A stretch of 64,000 bases of DNA, from positions 171,710 through 235,709 of the IMG/VR virus record IMGVR_UViG_3300037455_000372; one strand, written 5' to 3'. Source of the stretch: a virus. Taxonomy: Duplodnaviria > Heunggongvirae > Uroviricota > Caudoviricetes. The translations under genes and the position numbers were made by a program. Shown piece by piece: positions 47,750-56,042 of the stretch (positions are counted from its first letter, which is position 1; each line of letters opens with the position of its first letter). Under the pieces are notes generated by a model, which was given only the letters and a program-made list of their open reading frames with translations, did not search any database and was not told the DNA's origin.

Positions 47750-48763
47750 TTAGTCGTCTTTCTTCTTAAATGTACGCATTCCGTAATCTGAATAGTATTC
47801 CGTCGGATTGAATGTCTCGTATGTAAATGCCTTCTTGGTGGCTTGGAGAGACTTATAAGTTTCCTCATAGAATGAATGGCGGAAGGTATTGTAGTCGGTT
47901 TTCTTTTCTAGCGCATTGGAGTCCGAACCGTCACGAGTATTGTCGCGAAGATATCGGAGCTGAGTCTTGAATGTTCCGTGGAAGCAGTTCGGGTATGCAA
48001 AGCTTACGCTGAACTTGTACGGATTGTTCTCGCTGAACCCTAGCTTCATATCCGGAGAATTTTTCAGTACGGCGGAGTTGAACTCGAACATTTGGTTCAA
48101 TGCGATATCGGTGATGTACGGAGCCGTTTGGGTCGCCAGCTGGCCAGTACCACTACGCTGCATAGTCGTGGCTTCTGAATACACATCGATGGCCACGTTG
48201 ATCTTGTGCCAAGTGCTCCTAGCCTTCAGGACGAGCGGACTGAACTGCACGTTGAACAAGGCGTTGAAGAACTGGTACCACATCATATACGGGTCGTCAA
48301 CGATTTGAAGCTGTAAATCCTTCGGACCGGCGTCACCGGTAAGCAGAGGGTACTGCATCTGTTTCGTAGTATCGAGAGAACCGAATCGCATCGGGTTGGC
48401 AGTGTTACCCTTAACCGTCGCAGACTCGCAAGCCCAATACATATTGAGAACCTTGCTAGAACGGTCATAGAACATATCGAGCCAGTCGTTGAACGCCGCT
48501 TTCCAGTGAAGGTCACCGGTGTCCTTGAACGTCTTTGTGTTAGACAGCGTGTACTTGTCGGCGTATGCGTTCCTGTCCATCACGCGAAGAGCTTCCGAGA
48601 CGTACTCGCCCCAGAATCCGACGTGATACTTGTTGAGCAAGTGTCCGCGAGCTGCCGCGTAGAACTTGTCCATATAGAAAGCGAGGTAAGCGTCGCCGGA
48701 TGCCTTTCGGTTTAGCGGATCACCTATACCAGCGGACGTGCCGCGTTTATAGTTTGTAGCCAT
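47750..48763 (-). CDS. Tail-tube-fold protein, gp54-like
   Basis: ACESATVKG...LQIVDD...QFF...FSVSFAY pattern; adjacent to the gp3-like gene. Confidence 0.45.
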   Translation of the reverse strand: MATNYKRGTSAGIGDPLNRKASGDAYLAFYMDKFYAAARGHLLNKYHVGFWGEYVSEALRVMDRNAYADKYTLSNTKTFKDTGDLHWKAAFNDWLDMFYDRSSKVLNMYWACESATVKGNTANPMRFGSLDTTKQMQYPLLTGDAGPKDLQLQIVDDPYMMWYQFFNALFNVQFSPLVLKARSTWHKINVAIDVYSEATTMQRSGTGQLATQTAPYITDIALNQMFEFNSAVLKNSPDMKLGFSENNPYKFSVSFAYPNCFHGTFKTQLRYLRDNTRDGSDSNALEKKTDYNTFRHSFYEETYKSLQATKKAFTYETFNPTEYYSDYGMRTFKKKDD

Positions 48764-48772
48764 AGCTTACCT

Positions 48773-49465
48773 CTACTGGTTATAGTAACTGTCTGAACCG
48801 TAGGACACGCAGATAGCGTTCATCAGTTCGTTTGGGTCGGGCAGACGGATAATCCGCTGGATTTCGTACTTGATGCTCAAGTTGAAACTCACGGTCTGCA
48901 GAGTACCCGGCTTGAAGTTGAGAGGGGATATTGCCGTAAAACGGCAGCGTTCCAGACGGACTATCATATACTCTTGGGCTACGTCGTCGGCCAAGTGCAT
49001 ATCGATCCACTGGAGATAGGTTAGACGGTTGCGGTAGCGGCGGTCAGTGCCGTATACACGGTGCATACGGTCAAGAACCGGGTCGGCATCGGTCTGGCCG
49101 CTCTGGACTACGTCCATATAGCGACGGATCGCCCACCAGTTCTCGTATCGGTTGTCAGCCAGCATAGCGACTGAAATGGTGTCGTCGTACTGGTTGTCTT
49201 CTTGCGTGGGGATGTTGGTCACAAACTTGTAGTGGCCTTCCTTCTGCAGTGAACAGCTTAGTCCGGGGCAAACCCAGTCCATAATGTTGGCATTGACAAC
49301 TTCCTGAGCGTCTGTCGTGTATGGTTCGGTAACGCTTGTGCGGCGTTCGACGTAGTTGACCGGGAATTCAGAAAAGCGGAGACGCGCAAAGCCCTGATGC
49401 ACGGGCACCGGGTTTCGCGTCAATCGTCTCGCTTGATGCTGTAACTGTTCGGTCAAATCTGTCAT
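48773..49465 (-). CDS. Tail terminator/sheath stabiliser, gp3-like
   Basis: CPGLS...YDDTISVAMLADNRYENWWAI...FTAISPLNF...FNLSIKY matches the gp3 pattern. Confidence 0.65.
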   Translation of the reverse strand: MTDLTEQLQHQARRLTRNPVPVHQGFARLRFSEFPVNYVERRTSVTEPYTTDAQEVVNANIMDWVCPGLSCSLQKEGHYKFVTNIPTQEDNQYDDTISVAMLADNRYENWWAIRRYMDVVQSGQTDADPVLDRMHRVYGTDRRYRNRLTYLQWIDMHLADDVAQEYMIVRLERCRFTAISPLNFKPGTLQTVSFNLSIKYEIQRIIRLPDPNELMNAICVSYGSDSYYNQ

Positions 49466-49474
49466 CGACGAACC

Positions 49475-50236
49475 TTACTTCTTGACGTTGGCCGGTTCGA
49501 GCTTCTTGGGCTTCACAGCACCGCTCTTGTCAACCATCTTGTTGTCCTTGGACGGAATCGCATCCTTGACAACGACGGTCGTACCGGTCATATCAATGAT
49601 CTTCGGCTTTGCGTCAATCTTTCCGAGGCCGTCTTTCGGTTTTACAACACCGGTCTTGTCGACCATCTTGTTATCCTTGGACGGGATGGCGGTCTTGACA
49701 ACGACTTCGGCACTTGCGTCAACGTCGAACTTCGGCTTCTTGTCGATCTTTCCGAGACCGTCCTTCGGTTCCACAACGCCGGTCTTGTCCGGGAGCTTGG
49801 TAGCGGTGGTCTTGGCCATTTCCTTGAACACGCCGAGGACTTCGGTTTCGGAAGTGCTCTTGCCGTTGAGTCCGGTGACCTTGGTGGTCTTGAGAGCCTT
49901 GATGGTATTGGAAATCTTTTCGACGGACGGAATCTTTTCGCCGTTCTTCACTTCGAGACGACCGAAATCGTCACCCTTGGTTTCAGCCTTCTTGGCCTTC
50001 ATATTGCCAAGGAACTTTTCCCAAGCGGTCGCAACGTCGGAATCACGGAAGTCAACCTTGGGCTTCACGACGCCAGTCTTGTCGGAAACGACCTTGGACT
50101 TCGCCGGGGTGGGCGTGCTGAACGGGAAGATGTCTTTGACATCGATGGTGGTATCGGTCTTGCGCGGCTGTTTCTTGGCCTCCAGAATGATCTGGGCAAG
50201 CTCGGTTTCATTAGGGAGGTCGAACATATCGTACAT
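49475..50236 (-). CDS. Lys-rich repeat protein, late
   Basis: 253 aa; IILEA motif; DKTGVVKPK repeats; late motif at 50267-50274. Confidence 0.7.
   Translation of the reverse strand: MYDMFDLPNETELAQIILEAKKQPRKTDTTIDVKDIFPFSTPTPAKSKVVSDKTGVVKPKVDFRDSDVATAWEKFLGNMKAKKAETKGDDFGRLEVKNGEKIPSVEKISNTIKALKTTKVTGLNGKSTSETEVLGVFKEMAKTTATKLPDKTGVVEPKDGLGKIDKKPKFDVDASAEVVVKTAIPSKDNKMVDKTGVVKPKDGLGKIDAKPKIIDMTGTTVVVKDAIPSKDNKMVDKSGAVKPKKLEPANVKK
49505..49789 (-). repeat. 129-bp (43-aa) coding tandem repeat, about 2.2 copies
   Basis: The DKT/DKS unit start recurs at 49789, 49660 and 49531. Confidence 0.85.
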
Positions 50237-50266
50237 AGTATACCCTTCAAATGTGCTTTACATCCT

Positions 50267-50304
50267 AGTTTATATGATTCTGTTTGGCTCAAAATGAATA
50301 AACT
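50267..50304. promoter_or_regulatory. Divergent late-type promoters
   Basis: AGTTTATA 50267-50274 and ATAAACT 50298-50304. Confidence 0.7.
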
Positions 50305-50323
50305 GCGTATTGAGGAATAACCG

Positions 50324-51520
50324 ATGAATGACACGAAAAACAAGCGAATCAGCCTCTTCAATAGCATCAACGCTGATATGCTGTGGGACAGCTCGCAGCA
50401 GATTCTTCTTGAGATGAAGGCCAAGAAGGTGGCCGGAATTCGTCTGATCAACTACATCAACGCAGGAATTACTTGGGACTCCCACAAGGACATCATCCTT
50501 GATTTTTGGATTATGAACAAGTGCCGCGAGGCTGGTTTCGCGCCTCACGACTTCGACGGTATGTCTCGTGTCGTTGACTTGCCGACGCTCGCCCAGAAAA
50601 AGTATGCGGAGTGGTTCGGCTCCTACGATTTCCAGAACGAAGACCCGCAGTGGATTACGTTTGTCAACGGTACTTTGAACCTTTTCTACCACACCAGCGA
50701 CCCGAAGGAAGAAGATGACGGCGAGTGGTATATCGAGCTGATGCAGTCCGAAATGGATGCGCGTTCTATTTGTGAAACACAAGTGTACCACGGCTTGCCG
50801 AACATCAATACGTTCTGGAAAGTCGATACCAACTCCAAGACCGAAGAAGTCGGTGGCCGTCGTAACGGTTATATGTACACAGTCAAGCTGAAAGACCTCA
50901 GCCCGGTCGATACGAAGAATTTCTACTGGGGCGTGGTTTTCCAGTGCAAGGAAACCGTTAGCCTTGGTTACAACGACCACGGAGAGTCGAAGCGAAAGTG
51001 CATTAACTGGGCGGCCAACGCTGAACATATGACATTGGTCCAAGTAAATGCGGACGGTCGTCTGAAGATTATCCCGGTTCAAGTAGAAGGTAAGGCTTGG
51101 AAGGCTGACCGCTGGGTTCCAGAAGGCGTGGTTAACCAGAACCCGATGTCTCCGCAGTCCCTTTGTTCATATATCGAGGCGAACTTCGACAAGATGTATG
51201 GCGTATGGGACAGAATTGATGCGGTCGTCAAGACCGCTCGTGAGAACACGACCGCTCGTATTAACGCATTGAATACGTTCAACGACGAAGAAGTTAAGGT
51301 TGCGAAGGTTATCGGAAATGTCGACCGATTCATCAAGGAAGGTAACGTGTCTCCGCAGCGTCTTGAGTACAACAAGGAAGTACGTAAGGCTCTGCTAAAG
51401 AAGATCCGTACTCGCGAGAAGGAAGAAAAGAAGCAGTTGCGCGACATTGTCAAGGCCGAGAAACGAAAGGAAGAGGCCAAACACGCAAAGTTCCACGTCT
51501 CGTCTCAAGCGACAGTATAA
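50324..51520 (+). CDS. Hypothetical late protein with a basic C-terminal coiled coil
   Basis: 398 aa; SD GAGGA. Confidence 0.75.
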   Translation: MNDTKNKRISLFNSINADMLWDSSQQILLEMKAKKVAGIRLINYINAGITWDSHKDIILDFWIMNKCREAGFAPHDFDGMSRVVDLPTLAQKKYAEWFGSYDFQNEDPQWITFVNGTLNLFYHTSDPKEEDDGEWYIELMQSEMDARSICETQVYHGLPNINTFWKVDTNSKTEEVGGRRNGYMYTVKLKDLSPVDTKNFYWGVVFQCKETVSLGYNDHGESKRKCINWAANAEHMTLVQVNADGRLKIIPVQVEGKAWKADRWVPEGVVNQNPMSPQSLCSYIEANFDKMYGVWDRIDAVVKTARENTTARINALNTFNDEEVKVAKVIGNVDRFIKEGNVSPQRLEYNKEVRKALLKKIRTREKEEKKQLRDIVKAEKRKEEAKHAKFHVSSQATV

Positions 51521-51549
51521 AAATAGGCGGTTATTTAAACCGCCTTTTT
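51519..51549. terminator. Bidirectional terminator
   Basis: AGGCGGTT/AACCGCCT stem with A and T runs. Confidence 0.75.
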
Positions 51550-51551
51550 AA

Positions 51552-52052
51552 TTATCCGTCCAACAGACCAGCTAGGTCTTCGTCCGATGTTCCTTCTGGA
51601 ATCGACGGCGGAGCGTTTTGGATTTCGTCCCACGTCATTTCATCGTCGCCGCCTTCTTCCGGCTGGGCTAAGTCAACCGGCTCTTCTGCTGGGGGTTCGA
51701 CGGTCTGGCCGCCACCAGTCGGGAGGTTTTCAAACTGGTCTTCTTTGGGGAGCTGTACGTCGATAGGCTGTATAGCGGCCATATCGTTGCTGACCTGATT
51801 CAGTAACTGGTCTTCATCCTTCGCAAGGCTGCTCTCGCCGTCCATACCGACCTTACCGGCAAGTCCGACGATTTTCGTACCGTCCTTCACCTCGTTGGGG
51901 TTCACTCCCACGGTCGCCTGAAGATGTTCGACCGCGTCGGAGCTGGTCGGGGTGTTCAGCGCACCCTCGATTAGCAACTCGTACATCTCGGTTACGGCCT
52001 TTTTCATCGACGGCGAAACCGATTCAAGAACATTTTTTAGCGATTCGTGCAT
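51552..52052 (-). CDS. Acidic late protein, possible internal head protein
   Basis: VLESV...AVTEMYELLIEG N-terminus; SD GAGGT. Confidence 0.65.
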   Translation of the reverse strand: MHESLKNVLESVSPSMKKAVTEMYELLIEGALNTPTSSDAVEHLQATVGVNPNEVKDGTKIVGLAGKVGMDGESSLAKDEDQLLNQVSNDMAAIQPIDVQLPKEDQFENLPTGGGQTVEPPAEEPVDLAQPEEGGDDEMTWDEIQNAPPSIPEGTSDEDLAGLLDG

Positions 52053-52063
52053 TTTGAAACCTC

Positions 52064-52375
52064 TTAGATGAATCGAACGATGTTCGGGTTCTGGCAGATG
52101 ATTGCCGCCGAGAGCTTCTTGGCACCCTTCTTGCGGATGCGGATTCGCTTTTTCTTCACCGGGACGGTCGGAGCCGCTGGGGCGACGGTCTCTTTGGGAA
52201 GTGGGCGCGGAACCGGAGGCACTGCTCTGTGAACCGGGTTGATAACTGGGGGAACTTCTTCAGCTTCGGCAGTTTCTACGAGGATATCCTCGGACGGCTG
52301 CTCGTCTTGAACAGTTTCCACGGGAATGATATCGACGGCATCGAGCGCGTCTGTATTTGATTTTTTCTTAGCCAT
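52064..52375 (-). CDS. Small late protein
   Basis: 103 aa; TATAAACT (minus, 52382-52389) ends 6 nt before the ATG. Confidence 0.65.
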   Translation of the reverse strand: MAKKKSNTDALDAVDIIPVETVQDEQPSEDILVETAEAEEVPPVINPVHRAVPPVPRPLPKETVAPAAPTVPVKKKRIRIRKKGAKKLSAAIICQNPNIVRFI

Positions 52376-52456
52376 ATCCGTAGTTTATAAGTTCCGACTT
52401 TAATATGAATGTACTAGTTTAATTCTTACGTAAAAATCCTATAGGAGAAAACCCAA

Positions 52457-53095
52457 ATGACCCCTGAAATCATAGCCGCATTGGTTGTATTCGCAGCAGT
52501 GGTCCTCGTTGTTGTCGTCTTGAAGGTTCGCGCCTCCAAGAAGGTTGACATTGTGGACGACTTTGCAATCGCTCCGGAAGCTGCCTCCGAGCATACCCTA
52601 ACTGTTGACGAAGCCACGGCTCCGACAGCTGAAACTGGAATCGTATCGGCTCCGATCGTTCCTGTTGTTAGCGAATCCGCCGAACTCGTGGTTCCGGCTG
52701 CAGAACCGGAAACTGTCGAAGTTCCCGAAACTCCGACCGCTGAACCGGTTAATGAAACCACTAATACTGAAACGGCAGAAACTGCCGAAGCGGTGGTGAC
52801 TGAAACTGTCGCAACTGTTGAAGCTGCTACCGAAACCAAGGTCGAGGAACCGAAGCCGACCAAGACGAAGGCCACCAAGAAGGCCGCAACGAAGTCTACC
52901 AAGGCCACGACCAAGAAGACCACGAAGAAGACTACCAAGGCCACCAAGGCCAAGGATGTCGCCAACTTCATCGACACGCTATCCAAGCCGACCGAAAAGA
53001 AGCCGCGTGGTCGCAAGAAAAAGTCCGATGACGTAAAAATCATCGTAACCGCGCCGCTTGGCAAGTCCAAGACGGTGAAAAAGAAAAAAGCCTAA
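52457..53095 (+). CDS. Membrane-anchored low-complexity protein with a histone-H1-like Lys/Thr/Ala tail
   Basis: N-terminal TM segment, E/T/A/P-rich linker, KATKKAATK repeats; SD AGGAG. Confidence 0.75.
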   Translation: MTPEIIAALVVFAAVVLVVVVLKVRASKKVDIVDDFAIAPEAASEHTLTVDEATAPTAETGIVSAPIVPVVSESAELVVPAAEPETVEVPETPTAEPVNETTNTETAETAEAVVTETVATVEAATETKVEEPKPTKTKATKKAATKSTKATTKKTTKKTTKATKAKDVANFIDTLSKPTEKKPRGRKKKSDDVKIIVTAPLGKSKTVKKKKA

Positions 53096-53119
53096 GAGCT
53101 TGCGCTTTAGGTTTTAGGG

Positions 53120-53147
53120 AACCGCTGCCATATCGGTAGCGGTTTTC
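53120..53147. terminator. Terminator hairpin between convergent genes
   Basis: AACCGCTGCC/GGTAGCGGTT followed by TT. Confidence 0.7.
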
Positions 53148-53369
53148 TTATTTGTATCTGTAGGTAATTCGGCCTCGGTCAAGGTCATACGGACTGATTT
53201 CGACAATTACTCGGTCTTCCGTACATACTCTGATTTTGTTACGTTTTTCCATTTTCCCGGCTAGACGGGCAATTAGCTGGTGACCGTTTTCCAGCTGGAC
53301 GGTGAAGAATCCGCTTCCTCTTTCTTCCGTCACTACTCCATTGACTGATATGCTTTCTTCCTTAGCCAT
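53148..53369 (-). CDS. infA: Translation initiation factor IF-1
   Basis: MAKEE.I...G.V.E....F.V.LENGH...A...GKM...IR....D.V.VE.SPYDL.RGRITYRYK; SD AGGAAGG. Confidence 0.95.
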   Translation of the reverse strand: MAKEESISVNGVVTEERGSGFFTVQLENGHQLIARLAGKMEKRNKIRVCTEDRVIVEISPYDLDRGRITYRYK

Positions 53370-53715
53370 TTCCTTCCTTTTCTGATGATTGATTGTTGGC
53401 GGCCAATAACGATTGTAGATGGTCTTCTACAAAAATGAACTCGTGATGGACACTGGCTACCTTACCACCAATCATTGCATACACCATTACACCGGTCCGG
53501 TTTCGGAATACGCAGCAAGACTGTCGGTCGTGGGTTACTCGAATAGTTACGACATAGTCGGAATATTCATAACCGGGACCGGATTTGCAGCCGACCACGC
53601 TGACGGAGCGGGAATACTTGGTTAGCTTAACCGAAGCATCGTCCACCAGCTTCTTGAAGGCCGCTTGGTCACAGGTCAGTGCCACAGAATCGTATATATC
53701 TCGTTTCATAGTCAT
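53362..53715 (-). CDS. Hypothetical protein co-transcribed with infA
   Basis: 117 aa; overlaps the infA start. Confidence 0.6.
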   Translation of the reverse strand: MTMKRDIYDSVALTCDQAAFKKLVDDASVKLTKYSRSVSVVGCKSGPGYEYSDYVVTIRVTHDRQSCCVFRNRTGVMVYAMIGGKVASVHHEFIFVEDHLQSLLAANNQSSEKEGNG

Positions 53716-53731
53716 ATAAACTGCAGTTTAT
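53716..53731. promoter_or_regulatory. Perfect 16-bp palindrome made of two opposed ATAAACT motifs
   Basis: ATAAACTGCAGTTTAT. Confidence 0.7.
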
Positions 53732-53749
53732 TCACTGTCCGTGTAAAAT

Positions 53750-53778
53750 TTGCATTACAAACTCGGATGTATTATATT
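53750..53778 (+). promoter_or_regulatory. Promoter TTGCAT-N17-TATATT
   Basis: Recurrent class, here upstream of the sigma factor. Confidence 0.65.
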
Positions 53779-53806
53779 TATTCACAATTCCACAAAGCGA
53801 GTGCGG

Positions 53807-54619
53807 ATGAAGACCTATGAAGAAGATTGGTCTACGAAGAAACTGATTGAGGAAACTGTAAAGTACAAAATCCTCGGACGAAAGGCCGAAACTGAGCTAT
53901 TTCGTGAATTCCATTCAACAAAAGACGAAAAAAGGCGTACCGAAATAAAGCTCGCCATAATACAGTCTAACTTGAGATTCGTACTGGCTGTAGCCAGAGC
54001 GTACAAGAAGACGACCGGTCTGCCGATCAACGATTTCTTTGCCGAGGGAAAACTCGGTATGCTCGAAGCATTCAACAAGTACGACTACACTTGCGGCACG
54101 AAGTTCGGCTCGTTCGCAGTTTTCGAGGTTCGACGCCATATGGACCTGATTGTCCACAACAGCGATATGGTTCGAGTACCGGTTAGAATCCGTAAACGCG
54201 TTCTGAAGGCTAGGAAAAAAGGCGAATCGGTTGAACATATCCAATATGGCCAGCTTGCCGACAACGCCGTATCAGAACCCGCCTCGGTCGAACGAAGCAT
54301 CGTAGGCGATACGGCAAAGAACCGAACCCCAATCGTCTTGGTAGATACGCTGGCTTCCGACGAGCGTACCGACGCCAATCTGGAAGACGAAATGCGCCGT
54401 GACAAGCTAAAATCGATCCTAGAAGACAACTTGACACCAGAAGAGACTAATTTACTGCGTAGACTGTATGGCTTGGATGGATACGAAGATACCGTTAGTG
54501 AAATTTCCGCTGAACGCCGTGTCAGCAAGGAAATCATACGCCGCATTAGGAATCGTGCGTTGGCAAAGCTAAGAAGTGTACCCGTCGTGTCCGAGCTTCG
54601 AGATGCGCTGGGTAGTTAA
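53807..54619 (+). CDS. Sigma70-family RNA polymerase sigma factor (regions 1.2, 2 and 4)
   Basis: E.ELF, IQSNLRFVLAVARAY, EGKLGMLEAFNKYD..GTKFGSFA, VRVP, LYGL, VSKEIIRRIRNRALAKLR. Confidence 0.9.
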   Translation: MKTYEEDWSTKKLIEETVKYKILGRKAETELFREFHSTKDEKRRTEIKLAIIQSNLRFVLAVARAYKKTTGLPINDFFAEGKLGMLEAFNKYDYTCGTKFGSFAVFEVRRHMDLIVHNSDMVRVPVRIRKRVLKARKKGESVEHIQYGQLADNAVSEPASVERSIVGDTAKNRTPIVLVDTLASDERTDANLEDEMRRDKLKSILEDNLTPEETNLLRRLYGLDGYEDTVSEISAERRVSKEIIRRIRNRALAKLRSVPVVSELRDALGS

Positions 54620-55518
54620 TGGGATTCTTTAAGAACATTGCAGCTAAATTATTCGGTGCCAAGGACGACGATATAGTCGAAGTTGAACATTTAAAAAGAA
54701 GGTCATCTATGGCTGAAGAAGATTTTGGTTCTACCATCATTTTCAATAACGGTGTCCCAGACTACAACGTCACATTGGGGAACACCGGTGAAGGCGAACG
54801 TGTCAGTATGTCCGCCATACAGCAAACTATGAGAGAAACAGATATGATTAACCAGCGTCATCGCGTTGGTGGTAGGGGTATGGGCATCGGTCTGAATACG
54901 ATGGCCCAGCAACCGGCTCCACAGCCTATGCAGAATCAGCAGTTCGCCGGTAACTACGCCCAGCCGTCAGTATACCAGCAGCCGCAACAGCCGCAACAAG
55001 TACCACCGCAATATTATCAGCAGCCGGTTCAACAACCGGTACAGCAGATGCAGCAGCAACAGCCGCAGGGCATTCCCATTACCCAGCAGCCTCAGCAACA
55101 GCAACCGCAGTCCGCCTACTACTTGCAAGAACCGTTCTCCGAGCTGATTATGACGAACGACGAATGTCACGTCATCGTCGACTTGCCGGGAATTTCGAAA
55201 GAAAACGTGAGCGCGACGCTGACTCCGCAGAACGAGGTCTCTATTACGTTCACACGAATCACTTTCGTAGACAAGCTTACCGCTGAACTGAAGGCCGCAA
55301 AGAAGGTCAAGGGTGCGAAGGGAGCTGCCAAGACGAAGCCGAAAATCACTTCCCAAGTGAACATTCCGGACTACTTGCTTGGAACCCATACCGTCGTCTA
55401 CCCGATTCCTAGACCGGTTGACAGCAACAACATCAAGTGGAGCTTCGATAACGGACAGTTCCATTTAACCCTTGGCTTCTTGACTCCTCTTGAAGGCACG
55501 ACTATCAAGCTTGGTTAG
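54619..55518 (+). CDS. Hsp20/alpha-crystallin domain protein with a Gln-rich N-terminal region
   Basis: VIVDLPGISKENV...PRPVDSNNIKWSFDNGQFHLTL. Confidence 0.75.
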   Translation: MGFFKNIAAKLFGAKDDDIVEVEHLKRRSSMAEEDFGSTIIFNNGVPDYNVTLGNTGEGERVSMSAIQQTMRETDMINQRHRVGGRGMGIGLNTMAQQPAPQPMQNQQFAGNYAQPSVYQQPQQPQQVPPQYYQQPVQQPVQQMQQQQPQGIPITQQPQQQQPQSAYYLQEPFSELIMTNDECHVIVDLPGISKENVSATLTPQNEVSITFTRITFVDKLTAELKAAKKVKGAKGAAKTKPKITSQVNIPDYLLGTHTVVYPIPRPVDSNNIKWSFDNGQFHLTLGFLTPLEGTTIKLG

Positions 55519-55530
55519 ACCTAACGAAAC

Positions 55531-55566
55531 TATAAACTAGGGAGTAGCTATAAAGGTTACTCCCTA
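55531..55566 (+). promoter_or_regulatory. Late promoter TATAAACT followed by a hairpin reaching the start codon
   Basis: TAGGGAGTAGC/GTTACTCCCTA arms spanning 55538-55566. Confidence 0.6.
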
Positions 55567-56042
55567 TGTTGTTTTTAGAGACAGTCAAGAAAATATGCGG
55601 TTCTAACGAGAACCTTTACGAGGCTATCCTCAGCTTGTACAAGAACGACCCGGAACATTTCGTATTTACGTTCTGCAACGAGCTTGACGCCAAGGTCAAT
55701 AACGCTTATGCGGCTGGTGTGCTCGACCAGATTTTCGCGAACGATGGAATCCAGTTCAACGTCCTCGGCGCGACCGTCAGGCTGTCGGTAGGAAAGCAAG
55801 AGCACACGGTAATCTATAACGCTGGCTTCGGCGGAGTCCGCAATGACTCCGTGAACATTACCATTATGGACGAAGTCGCCCAGATTTGCAGCGAGGAAGG
55901 GAACAGCTTCTCGCTGAACCGTGGAGACCCGCATTATCGCAACCGAATAGCTCTCGATGCCTACGAGCTGGCGAAACCAAAAATAAAAGAGCAGCTTCGT
56001 AAAAAGCTGCCCAAGTATTCAGTCAGACGTAACGTCTACTAG
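55566..56042 (+). CDS. Late protein, possible internal head protein
   Basis: LFLETV...LYEAILSLY N-terminus. Confidence 0.65.
   Translation: MLFLETVKKICGSNENLYEAILSLYKNDPEHFVFTFCNELDAKVNNAYAAGVLDQIFANDGIQFNVLGATVRLSVGKQEHTVIYNAGFGGVRNDSVNITIMDEVAQICSEEGNSFSLNRGDPHYRNRIALDAYELAKPKIKEQLRKKLPKYSVRRNVY

Noticed and set aside
49505-49789. CRISPR-like array
   Set aside because: In-frame coding repeat without unique spacers; no cas genes
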